A DNA stretch of 64,000 bases. Source: a virus. Lineage: Duplodnaviria > Caudoviricetes. The stretch lies in IMG/VR virus record IMGVR_UViG_3300028025_000089; one strand, 5' to 3'. The position numbers and the translations under genes are program-made. Shown piece after piece: positions 50,282 to 58,218 of this stretch (position 1 is its first letter; each line of letters starts with the position of its first letter). A model generated the notes under the pieces. The model did no database searches and was not told where the DNA came from. It was given only the letters and a program-made list of their open reading frames with translations.

Positions 50282-50617
50282 ATGAAAAATATTATAAGAC
50301 TAACAGAAACAGATTTAGTAAAATTAATTCAAAGAGTTATTCAAGAGGGTAAGACCGATAAAGGGGTTAAAGAAAAAGACCTTGATGTGAAACTTGAAAG
50401 ATTCCAAGACACTATCGAAAACTTTATTAAATCACACGATGGTAAAGTAAAAAGAGTTGGTAATGATTTTGAAATTCATTTTGATGGGGATCATATCGCT
50501 CAAGTTATGTTTAGAAAAGATGGTATCACCGTTAAAAAAGAAGGTAGTAGATTTGGTAAAGAATTTGACTTCAATGAACTTGGTAAAGTAAAAAGTGAGA
50601 TTAAAAAATTCTTTTAA
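50282..50617 (+). CDS. Hypothetical late protein with the shared N-terminal leader
   Basis: MKNIIRLTETDLVKLIQRVIQE; late motif at 50271. Confidence 0.7.
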   Translation: MKNIIRLTETDLVKLIQRVIQEGKTDKGVKEKDLDVKLERFQDTIENFIKSHDGKVKRVGNDFEIHFDGDHIAQVMFRKDGITVKKEGSRFGKEFDFNELGKVKSEIKKFF

Positions 50618-50620
50618 CAA

Positions 50621-50995
50621 ATGAAAATCATTGTAACCCAACATCAACTTGATTTAATCAACGAAACTTATAAAAGGGATCGTTTTGATGCTGAGTATGC
50701 TGATGAATACCCAAAATATAAGAAGTTGTTTTTAAAGACCATTTCTAAAGATGTTAAAAGTTGGGGTGAATGGCCAGGATCAATTTATCTAATGAACGAA
50801 ACTGGGGAACCTTTATTTGTATATAGAATACCATCAAAAACCGTATATTACGATTATTCAATAGATAGTGAGATGGAGGATTATATACCTTCTCATATAA
50901 TATCAAGACACTTGAAAAACGCTGTTTATGATTATTTCAAAGGACTTTTTCCTGATGTTGAAATAAAAGAGGTAAGCGGGGCTAATATTGTATAG
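50621..50995 (+). CDS. Hypothetical late protein with the shared N-terminal leader
   Basis: MKIIVTQHQLDLINE. Confidence 0.7.
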   Translation: MKIIVTQHQLDLINETYKRDRFDAEYADEYPKYKKLFLKTISKDVKSWGEWPGSIYLMNETGEPLFVYRIPSKTVYYDYSIDSEMEDYIPSHIISRHLKNAVYDYFKGLFPDVEIKEVSGANIV

Positions 50996-50997
50996 TT

Positions 50998-51549
50998 ATG
51001 AAAGTAATAATATCTAATAAACAATATAGTCTTATTAAAGAATCTTATCGAAATAAAGGGATTGGTGCGGTTATTAAGTATTGGAAAAAAGAGTTAGAAA
51101 AAGGTAACAAAATTAGATTTGATAGAGATGAACTTGAATTTTGGGGTATAACCGAATTTACCGATAAGTTACATGCTCAAATAGAATTTCAAGAACTTGT
51201 AGGGGATGAGGTATTTGTTAAAAAATTTATAAATACATTAAAAAATAAAAAATTTTCAACGAAAGATTTTAGTGAAAGATTAGTTGGTGGTTATGATTTT
51301 GAGTGGGAAATCACTAATATGGAATATAGAGATTATGATTTTTTTCTATATGGAAAAACTCTACCTGGGGGTTCCGTAACACTTATGGAGGATGGAAGAC
51401 ATCTAACCTTAGATCAAGCCTTGGAGGATGAAGATATAGGTTGGGAAATCCAAGAAGAAGTTAATGATGTTGTTCAAGATTGTATGAATGAAATAATTTT
51501 ACCTGTTACAGGATATGATGTAACGGTTCCTTTGGTTACTATTTATTAG
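50998..51549 (+). CDS. Hypothetical late protein with the shared N-terminal leader
   Basis: MKVIISNKQYSLIKE. Confidence 0.7.
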   Translation: MKVIISNKQYSLIKESYRNKGIGAVIKYWKKELEKGNKIRFDRDELEFWGITEFTDKLHAQIEFQELVGDEVFVKKFINTLKNKKFSTKDFSERLVGGYDFEWEITNMEYRDYDFFLYGKTLPGGSVTLMEDGRHLTLDQALEDEDIGWEIQEEVNDVVQDCMNEIILPVTGYDVTVPLVTIY

Positions 51550-51551
51550 AA

Positions 51552-52139
51552 ATGAAAATAATAATTACAGAATCACAATATAACAAACTAACTGAAGAAA
51601 AACTTCAAAAACTTTGCTATACGGTATGGAATAAACAAAAAAAGATGGGTGAAGAACCACATCTTGATGAAGTGATTTATGATATATCTGGAATTAGAAA
51701 AAATACAAACGAAGACTTCCAACTCATTAGACCCATTTGGTATGAATACAACGGTGGATTTAACAATTTAGTTGAAAAACTGAAAAATGAAATTGAAGAT
51801 AAAACATATGATCTGAAAAGTAGTTGGGGTAATCTTGATACAAGAATTGAAGTTATTGAAGTAAATCAGTTTGGTAGATTAGGAGAAGATTTTGGGGTTG
51901 ATATTTTTGTGTATGTTGATGATCAAGGAACAATGGACTTCAACGTGTTTGAAGAAGGAACTGATAATGAAATAGAAGTAAATGATACGATTGAAGCTGC
52001 TTATTTAGAGGCTCAAGGTAATTATGAGACTGGAGATCTTCTTGCTTATTTAAGAAGTGAGGTTTATGACTTTTTTTATAAAAAGTTAGAAAAATACGGA
52101 ATTCCAATTGATGTGGATCTTGATCTAAAAGAAATTTAA
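51552..52139 (+). CDS. Hypothetical late protein with the shared N-terminal leader
   Basis: MKIIITESQYNKLTEE. Confidence 0.7.
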   Translation: MKIIITESQYNKLTEEKLQKLCYTVWNKQKKMGEEPHLDEVIYDISGIRKNTNEDFQLIRPIWYEYNGGFNNLVEKLKNEIEDKTYDLKSSWGNLDTRIEVIEVNQFGRLGEDFGVDIFVYVDDQGTMDFNVFEEGTDNEIEVNDTIEAAYLEAQGNYETGDLLAYLRSEVYDFFYKKLEKYGIPIDVDLDLKEI

Positions 52140-52158
52140 ATTTATAATTATTATCACT

Positions 52159-52398
52159 ATGGGACCAATTGAAAAAAAAATATTAGAATTATCTAAAACT
52201 GAAGGACTTTCAGAAGAAACAAAGTTGGCATTAACTATAATTAAAAATCAGATCAAAGAAGACGAGAAACGAATTGTTAATGAAGCTTATCACAAAGGGT
52301 TTTATGATAAAGAAATGAATAGAAAACCCTCTTGGAACTACTTTGATAGTAAATACAAATGTTATTTTTCAAATACCACATTTGGCCAAATCAAATAA
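52159..52398 (+). CDS. Hypothetical protein
   Basis: ORF fills the gap. Confidence 0.6.
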   Translation: MGPIEKKILELSKTEGLSEETKLALTIIKNQIKEDEKRIVNEAYHKGFYDKEMNRKPSWNYFDSKYKCYFSNTTFGQIK

Positions 52399-52412
52399 TT
52401 TTCATATCTTTG
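52381..52412 (+). promoter_or_regulatory. Bacteroidota-type promoter (TTTG-N20-TATCTTTG); probably leaderless
   Basis: ATG 52417 is 4 nt after the -7 box. Confidence 0.7.
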
Positions 52413-52416
52413 TGGT

Positions 52417-52701
52417 ATGGAAGACTTAAACAAACTCGAATTACCCGAAATTAAATCACTTTGCAAACAATATGGTATTAGTGTTGTGGGTGATAAAAAA
52501 ACTTTAGTTAAAAAACTCAAATACTATTTGGACCCTGTTGAAGATGTGTTAAACACGCATCCTGGAAGAAAATTACCAAAGGATAAAAAAATTGTTGGTG
52601 TTAAAGTTGATAATCAAGAAAATATAAATAATGTTTTAAGAAAAAAAGGTCAATTTTTGTATTATTCTTTGGGTCATCAATATTATATGGTGCCAGAATA
52701 A
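52417..52701 (+). CDS. SAP/HeH-domain DNA-binding protein
   Basis: LNKLELPEIKSLCKQYGISVVGDKKTLVKKL fits the SAP consensus. Confidence 0.65.
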   Translation: MEDLNKLELPEIKSLCKQYGISVVGDKKTLVKKLKYYLDPVEDVLNTHPGRKLPKDKKIVGVKVDNQENINNVLRKKGQFLYYSLGHQYYMVPE

Positions 52702-52733
52702 AAAACCTTGATATTTATAATAAAAAAATATCT

Positions 52734-53195
52734 ATGAAAAATAAATTAAATGAAGAATTAAAGGATATTAAATATCTTTTTAATTACAATAGAGGTCGTG
52801 TAATTTCTGAACAAGAAAGATTTGACGATAAAGAAGAATTCGTAAATTATGATGATATCAATTATGATGATGAAGAAGAATTCGTAGATTATGAGGATAT
52901 TCACTCTAGAACTCCTGAAGCAAGTGACGATTTTTATCCTAGAACTCCTGAAGAAAGAGAAGGGGATATGAGAGACATAGATATGGAAATTGACGAAGAA
53001 ATGGATTTGCCTGTAATGTTACCGGGAACAAAAGAAAAGGAAAGAACAAAGGTAACTCCTGGAACCAAACCTAAAACTCCAAGCACACCTTATAAACCAA
53101 AACCTGGACCAAAACCGGATCCTAAAGCGAGAAAAAGAAAAGGTGACATGCCAACTTGGTTAACCTTTGATGAACTTGGAATTGATTTTGAATAA
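52734..53195 (+). CDS. Acidic/Pro-Lys-rich late protein
   Basis: Late motif at 52712; acidic repeats, then KPKTPSTPYKPKPGPKPDPK. Confidence 0.7.
   Translation: MKNKLNEELKDIKYLFNYNRGRVISEQERFDDKEEFVNYDDINYDDEEEFVDYEDIHSRTPEASDDFYPRTPEEREGDMRDIDMEIDEEMDLPVMLPGTKEKERTKVTPGTKPKTPSTPYKPKPGPKPDPKARKRKGDMPTWLTFDELGIDFE
52833..52881 (+). repeat. 49-bp dispersed repeat, copy 2
   Basis: 47/49 identical to 43018..43066. Confidence 0.9.
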
Positions 53196-53196
53196 G

Positions 53197-54432
53197 ATGA
53201 GAAATATTAGAAAAAAATTATATACTGAGGGTATATCCAAAAAAGACTTATTAAGACTTATGGAAGCCCCAATCGACTACGAAGGACCTGAAAGGATGGC
53301 CGGAGATGTCGAGAGAAAGATTACAGGAAAACAAACACCGTTTCATAATTTTCCTGCTATGCCAGAAATGGATAGAGACTTTATTGAGTTAATATCTTCT
53401 AAAAGATTCAAAGACTCAGTTGATAAAGTTAGAATGGCAATGGGAGACACAAGAACCATTCAAGGATCAAATGCTCTTATGCAGTTGATGGGAACCGTAG
53501 GTCAAGCGATGCAAAGACTTATAATGATCCAATCACAAAACAAAGAAGAACTTGAAGCACTTGCAGTTAAACTTGTTAAAGAAGAATTGGGTATTCCTGA
53601 AGGAGCTATGCAATTCGATGCTCAACTTGTGATGCAACCTATGGGTGCTGCTGAAGGAATGAAAAGTGAGCCTGAAATGCCAAGTGAAGAAGAAGTTGAA
53701 GAACTTATGGGAGACATTGAAAACTTTAACTTGGAAAGAGCAAAAAGAAGATTTATCAATTCATTAATTCAAGGAGCGGCTTTTAAAGGTGGTCATATGT
53801 ATGTTATGGTTAGAGATGAGATTAACGACATTAATCCACAATTAATGAATCTATACGCAGTAACTCAAGCTTTAATGGAACACGCTTATTGGATATTTCC
53901 TGATATGGAAGGAATGGCCGGAGGTGGTGGTGGTCAAATGGGACAATCTGAATTTGACCCTGAAACAGATCCACCAACAGTAAAGGCGAGAGCCGTTACA
54001 TTCCCATTACTTGTTCATGAGTTAGTTAAAGGGGTTTACGAGGTATTTGGAACACACGGATTACCTGATGACCCAAGACAAGCTGAAATGGTGTTAAGTG
54101 CTGAAGATTCATTACCATCAGAAATTTGGGATTCTCGTTTAGGTCCAATTTTTTGGGAAAAGTTTGTTGCAACATATCCAATGGAGTTATTCGAAGATGA
54201 TATGAAACATATCCAACATTATTTATTTATGCGTTTTTCAGCGTTAAACGCTGAGGAGTTCATGACGTTGGCTAAAAAGATTCTTAAAGGAGAACCTGAA
54301 GGGCAGAGAATCATTCAAAGAATGGTTGATGATATTGTTAAAGAATTAAAAGAACAAGATTACAAAGATGCGATGGGTGGTGAAGATGATGAAGATTTTG
54401 ATGATGTTGATTTAAGCGATTTGGGACTTTAA
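53197..54432 (+). CDS. Hypothetical helical late protein
   Basis: The track start TTG 53167 overlaps the upstream gene; ATG 53197 follows its TAA directly. Confidence 0.75.
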   Translation: MRNIRKKLYTEGISKKDLLRLMEAPIDYEGPERMAGDVERKITGKQTPFHNFPAMPEMDRDFIELISSKRFKDSVDKVRMAMGDTRTIQGSNALMQLMGTVGQAMQRLIMIQSQNKEELEALAVKLVKEELGIPEGAMQFDAQLVMQPMGAAEGMKSEPEMPSEEEVEELMGDIENFNLERAKRRFINSLIQGAAFKGGHMYVMVRDEINDINPQLMNLYAVTQALMEHAYWIFPDMEGMAGGGGGQMGQSEFDPETDPPTVKARAVTFPLLVHELVKGVYEVFGTHGLPDDPRQAEMVLSAEDSLPSEIWDSRLGPIFWEKFVATYPMELFEDDMKHIQHYLFMRFSALNAEEFMTLAKKILKGEPEGQRIIQRMVDDIVKELKEQDYKDAMGGEDDEDFDDVDLSDLGL

Positions 54433-54435
54433 TTT

Positions 54436-54464
54436 TTGACTTAGTTTCATAAATATATTATTAT
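54436..54464 (+). promoter_or_regulatory. -35/-10 promoter (TTGACT-N17-TATTAT); probably leaderless
   Basis: ATG 54472 is 7 nt after the -10 box. Confidence 0.65.
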
Positions 54465-54471
54465 TGAACTT

Positions 54472-54753
54472 ATGGGAAATATTGACTGCGAAATCTACAT
54501 AAGCCAACTTATAACTTTTTTTGAAAACAATCCTAATGATTTAATGTCATTGATCGGTGAGGTCCAAAAGGAACAGTTTTACGATGCGTTACGAGAACAG
54601 TGCGAAACAAATTCAAAAAAAGGTGAAGATCATATAATCTCAAGAGATCAAATGATTAAAATCGTTTTAAATTTGAAAATACCTGAACTAAGTGAAGAAA
54701 GTGTTGAATCTTTTATTCAGACCACAAAATGGGGACAAATTAATTTGAATTAA
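54472..54753 (+). CDS. Hypothetical protein
   Basis: Flanked by a promoter and a terminator. Confidence 0.7.
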   Translation: MGNIDCEIYISQLITFFENNPNDLMSLIGEVQKEQFYDALREQCETNSKKGEDHIISRDQMIKIVLNLKIPELSEESVESFIQTTKWGQINLN

Positions 54754-54774
54754 TTGTCAGAATACGATTAATTG

Positions 54775-54805
54775 AACCACAGTCAGAAAACTGTGGTTTT
54801 TTTTT
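54775..54805 (+). terminator. Intrinsic terminator
   Basis: AACCACAGT-6 nt-ACTGTGGTT followed by a long T run. Confidence 0.85.
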
Positions 54806-54814
54806 ATAAAAATG

Positions 54815-54845
54815 TTTGGTATTTATTAAAAGTTATTTATCTTTG
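54815..54845 (+). promoter_or_regulatory. Bacteroidota-type promoter (TTTG-N19-TATCTTTG)
   Basis: Canonical spacing, directly after a terminator. Confidence 0.75.
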
Positions 54846-54868
54846 TAATGTGATAAACAAGAAACAAA

Positions 54869-54985
54869 ATGAAAACAGTTGAACTTACTATGAAAGAAAT
54901 ATGGGCGGCAACTAGACCGGTCGTTCAAAAAAGTAAGAAAACGTATTCACGAAAACAAAAACACAAAAACAAGGAAAATAATTAA
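54869..54985 (+). CDS. 38-aa basic peptide, ArfA-like motif, missing from the ORF track
   Basis: MKTVELTMKEIWAATRPVVQKSKKTYSRKQKHKNKENN; first ORF after a promoter, with an A-rich leader. Confidence 0.7.
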   Translation: MKTVELTMKEIWAATRPVVQKSKKTYSRKQKHKNKENN

Positions 54986-54987
54986 AT

Positions 54988-55749
54988 ATGATATACACAC
55001 CAGAATTAATCAAATCAATTGCCCCGGCAGTATTCGCAACATCACCATCTTCAAAAATGACAAACAAGTATGAGTTTGTTCCAACACACGAGGTTATGGA
55101 AATGTTCGATCGTGAAGGTTGGCAACTTTCATCTGTAAAACAAACAGGTAGAGGAATTCATAACGTTCATGAATTAAAATATCGTAACGGACAACTACCC
55201 AAAGTTGGTGATACGGTTGTTGAAGCAATTATCCGTAACTCTCATGATGGATCGGCAACATTCTCTATGGCGGCTGGATTATTCAGGCTTTGTTGTTCTA
55301 ACGGACTCACAGTTCCAACATCAGTTGCAGAACGTTTTTCACTTCGTCATAACCACTTCTCTTTAGATGAGGTTAAAGGATTAGCAGAAGACTTCTCTAA
55401 AAAACTTCCAAAGATAGAGGCTTCGGTTTCTCGAATGATGGAAAAAGAAATGACCGAGAAAGAAAAACTTCGTCTAATCAAAAGGGCGGTTGAGATTCGA
55501 TGGGCTTTGGGTAGTGCTCCTTCAGCACTTGACATCAACGACCTTCTAACACCATTTCGACCTGAAGATGAAGGAAGTGATCTTTGGACCGTATTTAACG
55601 TGATCCAAGAGAAAATGATGAAGGGTGGATTCTCTTATCAAACACCACGAGGTCGAACAACTAAACTACGAGGAATTAAAAGTATTCAAGCATCCCACCG
55701 ATTAAACACTAAACTTTGGGAAGCGGCTGAAGAATTAGTTTTGGTATAA
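54988..55749 (+). CDS. DUF932/DUF945-family protein
   Basis: IIRNSHDGS, FRLCCSNGL and SDLWTVFNVIQE motifs. Confidence 0.85.
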   Translation: MIYTPELIKSIAPAVFATSPSSKMTNKYEFVPTHEVMEMFDREGWQLSSVKQTGRGIHNVHELKYRNGQLPKVGDTVVEAIIRNSHDGSATFSMAAGLFRLCCSNGLTVPTSVAERFSLRHNHFSLDEVKGLAEDFSKKLPKIEASVSRMMEKEMTEKEKLRLIKRAVEIRWALGSAPSALDINDLLTPFRPEDEGSDLWTVFNVIQEKMMKGGFSYQTPRGRTTKLRGIKSIQASHRLNTKLWEAAEELVLV

Positions 55750-55755
55750 CAAATA

Positions 55756-55782
55756 AAAACGGGGGTCAGTGACCCCCATTTT
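55756..55782 (+). terminator. Probable intrinsic terminator
   Basis: GGGGGTC-AGT-GACCCCC with A and T flanks. Confidence 0.7.
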
Positions 55783-55787
55783 AGATT

Positions 55788-56123
55788 ATGGAAAAATTTA
55801 AACACGAAGAAAGATTTTTAAATATGATCACCGAAAAAACAGGTGAGTTATATTCAACAATAAACTTAAACGACTCTCACGGTCTGAGTCCACAAAACCT
55901 ATTTGATAAACCAAAGTTTTTTGAATTCATGTTGGATGGTATTGAATACTCAAGTGGGGTGTCATATACGGATGCTATTTTCTTATATGATAATAACATT
56001 TATATATATTTGTCTAAAACAGAACCAATGATTTCTACATTTTTTTGTAAGATTTATTATCCTGTTAATAGAAAAAAAGACGTTGAGTTCTTTATCTTAA
56101 ACTTAAAAAAATTAAAAAAATAA
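55788..56123 (+). CDS. Hypothetical protein
   Basis: ORF fills the gap. Confidence 0.65.
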   Translation: MEKFKHEERFLNMITEKTGELYSTINLNDSHGLSPQNLFDKPKFFEFMLDGIEYSSGVSYTDAIFLYDNNIYIYLSKTEPMISTFFCKIYYPVNRKKDVEFFILNLKKLKK

Positions 56124-56164
56124 TTTTTTATGCTAATTGGTGATATTTATAATAAAACACCAAG

Positions 56165-56821
56165 ATGTCTGAAAAAGGTTATATATACGTAATTAAAAAT
56201 TTGGTTAACAATAAAGAATATGTTGGGTGCACAATTCACCCAATCAAAAAAAGATTTGAAGAACATATTTGGAGGTGTATTAATACCGATTCAAATACAA
56301 AATTTTGTAACTCAATTAGAAAATATGGTGTTGAAAATTTTATTATTGAAATGATCGAAGAGTGTGATGTTAAAATAATATATCAGAGAGAAAAATTTTA
56401 CATAAACGAAAGAAAGACATTTGAAAAAGGATTAAACACAACAATTGGGGGTGAGGGTTGTTTGGGTTATAAACACTCAAAACAAATTAGAGAAAAAATT
56501 TCCTCAATAATTAAAGATGGTAGATCACATAGAGGTAAAACTTATGAACAAATATATGGTGATAGGGCCAATGAAGAAAAATTAAAAAGGAAAAAATCTA
56601 ATGTTTGGAATAATATATCTGAAGAAGATAAAAAAATACGAGTCGATAATCTTAAATCTGCAGTTCGAAAAAAATCGAAATATGGGGTTGAATTAGTTAA
56701 AGAGATTAAACAAAAAATAAAAGAAGGTGTTAAGATCAAAGAACTAAAAAAAATGTATCCCCAAGTTTATGATAATTTTTTTTATGACATAAAAAATGGT
56801 AGAAGATGGTCGGACATATAA
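56165..56821 (+). mobile_element. Free-standing GIY-YIG homing endonuclease gene
   Basis: GYIYVIKNLVNNKEYVG, conserved R and E, GLN..IGGEG, NUMOD3-like HSKQIREKIS; neither neighbour is interrupted. Confidence 0.85.
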
Positions 56822-56842
56822 ACAATAAAAAAAATAAAAAAG

Positions 56843-57157
56843 ATGGAAATTAGTAGTGTAGAATTACAAAAAAAAATAAATGCCGGTGAAAAATTAATGA
56901 TTGAATTTCATGGTGTTTGGTGCGGACCCTGTAAATTAATGAAACCAATTTTTGAAAAAATTGCAAAAGAAAATACATCTGATGTTCAAATGTATACTAT
57001 GGATATTGATGAAAATAGAGAGGTTGCAATTAGTCTTGGGATTAGAAGTATCCCAACAATTAAAATGTTCAATTCAGGAGAAGTCGTTGAAACAAAAGTT
57101 GGACTTTTAAATGAAGGACAGATAAATAATCTTTTAACGGAATTGATCAATGGATAA
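56843..57157 (+). CDS. trxA: Thioredoxin
   Basis: WCGPC and IRSIPT. Confidence 0.92.
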   Translation: MEISSVELQKKINAGEKLMIEFHGVWCGPCKLMKPIFEKIAKENTSDVQMYTMDIDENREVAISLGIRSIPTIKMFNSGEVVETKVGLLNEGQINNLLTELING

Positions 57158-57437
57158 GATAGCAGTTATTTTTACTATGAAATCATGTCCTTTTTGTAGT
57201 ATGTTAAAAGAGATGTTAGATAAAGAAGACATAGGTTATATTGATCGAGACATTGAAGAATTTGAAGAAGAATATGATATGTTTGTTGAAGCAACAGGTA
57301 ATGATTTTGTTCCTGCGTTTATGTTAATCGAAAATTATGATAGCGAAACCCCAACAACAAGTTTATTTGCTCCTGATCGTGATTTTGAAGATATTGATCA
57401 CGGACTTAAAATAATCAAAGAGTTTTACGAAAGATAA
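57150..57437 (+). CDS. Glutaredoxin/NrdH-like redoxin
   Basis: CPFC and FVPAF cis-Pro loop. Confidence 0.85.
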   Translation: MDKIAVIFTMKSCPFCSMLKEMLDKEDIGYIDRDIEEFEEEYDMFVEATGNDFVPAFMLIENYDSETPTTSLFAPDRDFEDIDHGLKIIKEFYER

Positions 57438-57441
57438 TAAA

Positions 57442-57473
57442 AAACCCCACCTTTAAAGGTGGGGTTTGTTTTT
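57442..57473. terminator. Bidirectional terminator (CCCCAC palindrome, copy 2)
   Basis: Perfect 26-bp palindrome AAACCCCACCTTTAAAGGTGGGGTTT between convergent genes. Confidence 0.85.
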
Positions 57474-58168
57474 TATACTAATACTATGTCTTTTAGTCGG
57501 TCTTGAACCAAGTATGGTTTCTCTGTGGTTTGATTCGTCACATCGTTTGTGAAGTCATAATTAGATAGTCTTTCGTTGAACTCAGTTAGATCCATATCAA
57601 AACAATCTAAAACAAGACTTTCAATGGAAGTCTTTGAAAGTCGAGAATCACAAATTACTTTAATTTTATAATCTTCATTTTCATTAAGATCGTTTGAGTA
57701 ACGAAAGTATAATTGATTCACTCCCAACAAAGAATACATTTGATTAAAGATATAATGTGAATAATAGAAGATTGATCTTCCACATCCTAAACTATGTCCA
57801 TAAGGAAACTCTGATGAAATGTTAATTTCTGAAATGGGTTCGTATTCTGTAACATAAAGAGATTTATTAACCGTGATCCATGACTTTGAAAAATCTGTAA
57901 TTTCTTGATCATATTTGATTATATCAATAATGTTAAGATCTTCTTTGTTTAAAGATTCGAATAATTCTTTGTTTGATTTTATGAACTCCACTTTAAGTGT
58001 GTTAAGTTCCAAAACATTACCACTTGTGGTTTGACCATTTACAACAACAAAGGTTTCAAAATCTGTTACTTGAATAATGGTATTTTCTTTCTTATCGAAT
58101 TGCGATAAGATGTAGTCTGCAAATAGATTTACAAAATACCGTCTTGTGTTTTTTTCTAATTTTCTCAT
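57473..58168 (-). CDS. Hypothetical protein, possibly a degenerate S-adenosylmethionine synthetase fold
   Basis: FVNLFADYIL..FVVVNGQTT resembles the MetK N-terminal segment ICDQISDAIL..VLVGGEITT; the catalytic signatures are not visible. Confidence 0.4.
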   Translation of the reverse strand: MRKLEKNTRRYFVNLFADYILSQFDKKENTIIQVTDFETFVVVNGQTTSGNVLELNTLKVEFIKSNKELFESLNKEDLNIIDIIKYDQEITDFSKSWITVNKSLYVTEYEPISEINISSEFPYGHSLGCGRSIFYYSHYIFNQMYSLLGVNQLYFRYSNDLNENEDYKIKVICDSRLSKTSIESLVLDCFDMDLTEFNERLSNYDFTNDVTNQTTEKPYLVQDRLKDIVLV

Positions 58169-58218
58169 ATTCTTGGTTTTGTATAATGAATATGAGAATT
58201 AAATGAAACTATAAAGAG

